From: an uncultured virus (IMG/VR IMGVR_UViG_3300042486_000977)
Lineage: Duplodnaviria; Heunggongvirae; Uroviricota; Caudoviricetes
Reading direction: 5' to 3' (one strand)
Virus record (IMG/VR): IMGVR_UViG_3300042486_000977
Length of the DNA: 20,000 nt
Of this stretch, positions 16,729 through 20,000 are shown in pieces (the stretch's first letter is position 1; each line of letters starts with the position of its first letter). The translations under genes and the position numbers were made by a program. Under the pieces are notes generated by a model. The model saw nothing but the letters and a program-made list of their open reading frames with translations, was not told the DNA's origin and did no database searches.

Positions 16729-18699
16729 ATGTTTGGACCTCCTTTTAATTATTTAGTCTCGGACTGTTGTAGTGGTAACCAGTACATCGTTAATATGCCA
16801 AGTGGTGCATTAGTCGGTGAGATGTGGTACATCCAATCTGTTGAGGGGTATAACTTCTGTTGTATTATTGAACAGATAATTGGGGCGAGTAATTCGGGAT
16901 ATGATTACGCTGCAGACCCTGCAACTTTGGTACTTAATGGTCTCAACAATTGTTCTGAAGCACCTGGATACTGTTGTGCCGCGGCTAGTCCAACACCGAC
17001 TCCAACCAAAACAAAGACACCAACACCGACTCCTACAGTTACAAAGACACCAACAGTTACACCAACTAAAACAGTTACCCCAACTAAAACATCTACTCCA
17101 ACTAAAAGTCCTGCGTTAAGTCAAACCGCTACCCCGACAGTTACTCCAACGATGACTGCGACTCCAACGGTAACACCGACAGTTACACCATCACTTTCAG
17201 TTTCAAGAACACCATTTCCTGATATTACACAATCACCAAGATTGACAGGTAAAAATGAATGTGATATTATCACAATCTATCCAATGTATGCTGAATGTCA
17301 GTTTTTACAAGAACCAAGTTCTGTGATTAATAATGATGGTGTTGTAACTTTATTTATAACAGGAGGTACTGCACCGTACAATGTTCAGTGGTCTAATGGT
17401 CAAACAAGTCAAACTTTAACTAATATTGGGTATGGTACTTTTAACGCGATTGTAATTGATTATTACGGTGACTTTACTGCAAATACTTCGTGTACATTAA
17501 TTGCTCCAACACCAACTCCGACGGTAACACCTACAGTGACACCTACAGTTACTCCGTCAAGAAGTGTAAATGCTCCACCAGCAGTCCCTAACCTATGTAT
17601 GTCATTTACTTATTGTGGACAACAATATTTGATAACATTTGTTTATAATGGTAATGTTAATTCTAATTATTCTTGGATTTCACAAGATGGACAATATACG
17701 ATAACAAATAATGGTACGATATGGATAATGAACGGATTACCTATTTGTGGTAGTATTTTACCACAAATTAGGTCGACATCTACATCATCAATACCGACTA
17801 CTTTATGGAATGCATTTGGAGGTGGAAATACTGTAACGGGTAAATTAAATGTAATAACAGGAAGTTGTGTGTCACAACCACTTGTATTAACTTATACTAA
17901 AACTGATTCTTGTAGTAGTAGTGGTTCTATTCTTGGTTCTACAACTGGTGGATTACAACCATATCAATATTCAATAAATGGAACAACATATCAGTCGTCA
18001 CCATTATTCTCTAATTTAACTGCTGGTAACTATACATTATATGTACAGGATTCTAACGGAGATATTCAAAATACAACAATAACTATTAACCAAACACCGA
18101 CTCAAAATTATGTTATTAGTATTAATTATAATGGATTACCTACTGGAAATTATACAACAACTAATTGGTCAGCACAACCTGGCTCAATATTTACAACACC
18201 AATTACTAATGGAAGAAATGGTGTAATAACTATTACACCAGCGTTACCAAATGGTGTGATTGCCGAGTTTGATATTGCATATGGTGAATTTGTAACTCAA
18301 TCACCTGTGTACCCATCTACATACGTTAGTTGGTCATCAACAAAACCAGTTGTTAAAAATAGTACAACTTTAACTCCATCAGTAGTACCTACAAATAACT
18401 TAATTACTAATTTAAATTGTAGTGGAGCTTTCACAGGAAAATCGATTGTTACTAATGTTGAAAATTACACTTCGGTACAAATGACAAATACAGATACCGT
18501 ATCTGTATCAATGTTGTTTAATTCACAGTTTACAAATACTAATTACGGGTTATTCCCTTGTAATGAGAAATTCTTGTATACTACTAAATTTACAATAAGA
18601 AATCCTAAGTTAGTCGGTGCAAGTTGTTCAACTATATCATTAGGTAATATGGAAATTTCTGTAACTGCAAATTACGGAGTTCAGTTTTTTGGTGGATGA
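16729..18699 (+). CDS. Modular Cys-rich protein with two Pro/Thr linkers and two SprB-like repeats (putative virion appendage)
   Basis: 656 aa. The N-terminal ~85 aa carry three CC pairs. PT tracts lie at ~16987-17190 and ~17506-17559. SprB-like units: DGVVTLFITGGTAPYNVQWSNGQTSQTLTNIGYG and GGLQPYQYSINGTTYQSSPLFSNLTAGNYTLYVQDSNG. Confidence 0.75.
   Translation: MFGPPFNYLVSDCCSGNQYIVNMPSGALVGEMWYIQSVEGYNFCCIIEQIIGASNSGYDYAADPATLVLNGLNNCSEAPGYCCAAASPTPTPTKTKTPTPTPTVTKTPTVTPTKTVTPTKTSTPTKSPALSQTATPTVTPTMTATPTVTPTVTPSLSVSRTPFPDITQSPRLTGKNECDIITIYPMYAECQFLQEPSSVINNDGVVTLFITGGTAPYNVQWSNGQTSQTLTNIGYGTFNAIVIDYYGDFTANTSCTLIAPTPTPTVTPTVTPTVTPSRSVNAPPAVPNLCMSFTYCGQQYLITFVYNGNVNSNYSWISQDGQYTITNNGTIWIMNGLPICGSILPQIRSTSTSSIPTTLWNAFGGGNTVTGKLNVITGSCVSQPLVLTYTKTDSCSSSGSILGSTTGGLQPYQYSINGTTYQSSPLFSNLTAGNYTLYVQDSNGDIQNTTITINQTPTQNYVISINYNGLPTGNYTTTNWSAQPGSIFTTPITNGRNGVITITPALPNGVIAEFDIAYGEFVTQSPVYPSTYVSWSSTKPVVKNSTTLTPSVVPTNNLITNLNCSGAFTGKSIVTNVENYTSVQMTNTDTVSVSMLFNSQFTNTNYGLFPCNEKFLYTTKFTIRNPKLVGASCSTISLGNMEISVTANYGVQFFGG
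16987..17190 (+). repeat. Pro/Thr low-complexity linker (a second, shorter tract lies at ~17506-17559)
   Basis: [40 protein letters not shown]...[20 protein letters not shown]. Confidence 0.9.
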
Positions 18700-18728
18700 T
18701 AAAATAGATTAATTGATAATTATTATAT

Positions 18729-20000
18729 ATGGGTTTTATACTACAAAATACTTCAGGTTTAATCTCAACAAGGATAACAGATGTTGGGAGAAGAAAAATC
18801 TCGCAAGGTAATTTAAACATACAATATTTCCAAGTAGGGGATAGTGAGGTGCTTTACACAGGAGCGACTAATTCAGTGTCAACGACTTCTAAAATTTTAA
18901 TGCCATCATATAATTCACAAAATAACACAGGATTCCCACAATCAACAAAGAATTATGTTAAGTATCCTTATTATATGGATGGTATGTCGGGGAATACTTA
19001 TGGGAAACCATATATGGAATCTGAATACGTTTCCATTTTTAATAGTGCCGCTGACAGAGGATTCTTTTCAGGAAATACTTCTTGTTGGCTTCCACAAGTT
19101 TGTTCAGGTTATACATTAAATTCACAGTATGAAACTGACACAAGTGTGATGGATGGTAGTTTAATAATTGTAATTGCTAGTAATCCTTTAATATGTGATG
19201 ATAGTGCTAACACAACTCCTGAAGTTGGTAATTTAGTTACAATATATTATGGTCAGGATGATGCATGTTCTTGTATTGCATCTTGTTACCCATCACTAAC
19301 TTATCAAGTAACATATTTTGACGGAACTAATATAGGTTTAGATAGACCTGTACCAAATTATTTATCAACTGGAGGTCCTGGTAATTCAAGATTACTATTT
19401 TATCCTTCAGGTATGACACAACTTTATGATACTATCACACCTTCAGGACATTGGAATGATGATGTAATTAATTATGAGTCTCTTTGTTATACTGACCAAC
19501 TATCTTCATTAGTTTGGAATATGAATATTGTTTGGAGTGAAAGTGTTGCGGGTATTAATAATGCATTATATCAAGATTATAACTATTATAATTCTAAAGA
19601 TTATATTGGAACTAAAGAATATCTTGGTTATATGTCATCATTAGGTCAAACTGCTTCTACACAAGTGTATTTTTATAATTCATATGGTGAACAAGTAATA
19701 GTTGAACCTGAAGACCAAAAGTCGATAGCAATTATTCATTTTACAAATCAAGCAATAAATAATTTTTACGGTGAGAAATTTGCGGTTGAAGATTATGACC
19801 CAAATAATGATGGAGCGACTGGACAAGCAAGAAACTTTAAAGTACAAGTACCAACATTAATGTGGCATAAGAACTCATCTTGCTGTTCAGGTACAACGTT
19901 CTATATTGACCCACCTGTAAATGGTGGTGGATTTATGGAACAAGGTGTTTTACAATCGTCTAAAAATTCCGATATGAATTCACCTGGTATTAGATATTAT
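18729..20000 (+). CDS. Phage structural protein, 3'-truncated (>=424 aa), N-terminus resembling tail-collar/baseplate fibre-attachment proteins
   Basis: Absent from the ORF track because it has no stop in the window. Manual translation is open to the end: MGFILQNTSGLISTRITDVGRRKISQGNLNIQYFQVGDSEV...SPGIRYY. The T..GR..(I/L)..G...I..F.(V/L)GD pattern resembles tail-collar fibre (DUF3751-like) N-termini, a recalled resemblance that was not searched. Confidence 0.7.
   Translation, partial: MGFILQNTSGLISTRITDVGRRKISQGNLNIQYFQVGDSEVLYTGATNSVSTTSKILMPSYNSQNNTGFPQSTKNYVKYPYYMDGMSGNTYGKPYMESEYVSIFNSAADRGFFSGNTSCWLPQVCSGYTLNSQYETDTSVMDGSLIIVIASNPLICDDSANTTPEVGNLVTIYYGQDDACSCIASCYPSLTYQVTYFDGTNIGLDRPVPNYLSTGGPGNSRLLFYPSGMTQLYDTITPSGHWNDDVINYESLCYTDQLSSLVWNMNIVWSESVAGINNALYQDYNYYNSKDYIGTKEYLGYMSSLGQTASTQVYFYNSYGEQVIVEPEDQKSIAIIHFTNQAINNFYGEKFAVEDYDPNNDGATGQARNFKVQVPTLMWHKNSSCCSGTTFYIDPPVNGGGFMEQGVLQSSKNSDMNSPGIRYY

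Noticed and set aside
338..18820. Short minus-strand and alternative-frame ORFs (e.g. 3574..3930, 4255..4605, 15519..15959, 16880..17119, 18632..18820)
   Set aside because: All lie wholly or mostly within long + strand genes and mirror their repeats (e.g. PPP from antisense Gly codons). They are shadow ORFs.
1..20000. Stop-codon reassignment (TAG or TGA recoding as in some large phages)
   Set aside because: Long genes are intact in the standard code with near-complete coding density. TAA, TGA (2630, 8988, 14668, 18699) and TAG (11345) all occur at plausible gene ends.

Overview
AT-rich window of 12 tightly packed, co-oriented (+ strand) genes, with the first and last cut by the window edges. 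It most likely comes from the virion-structure (tail fibre/spike/decoration) region of a large tailed phage, probably infecting Bacteroidota. The phage and host calls are inferences from an S74 chaperone-capped fibre, LamG-like proteins, Bacteroidota-type adhesin domains without signal peptides, and starts that mostly lack Shine-Dalgarno sites. Contents: a SprB-repeat protein, three Pro/Thr-linker proteins, two long 15-aa Gly-rich repeat fibres, three LamG-family paralogues, two small acidic proteins and a probable collar/baseplate-type protein. The main signal is a mix-and-match adhesin toolkit: (i) a shared 64-aa four-Cys N-terminal module joined by Pro/Thr stalks to unrelated payloads, one a PKD+LRR solenoid; (ii) a LamG domain split by two inserted domains; (iii) short junction motifs reused within and between fibres. 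There are also candidate late-promoter motifs and a hairpin at the S74-fibre start. No tRNA, rRNA, CRISPR array, transposase or DGR was seen. All domain calls come from motif recognition, not database searches.
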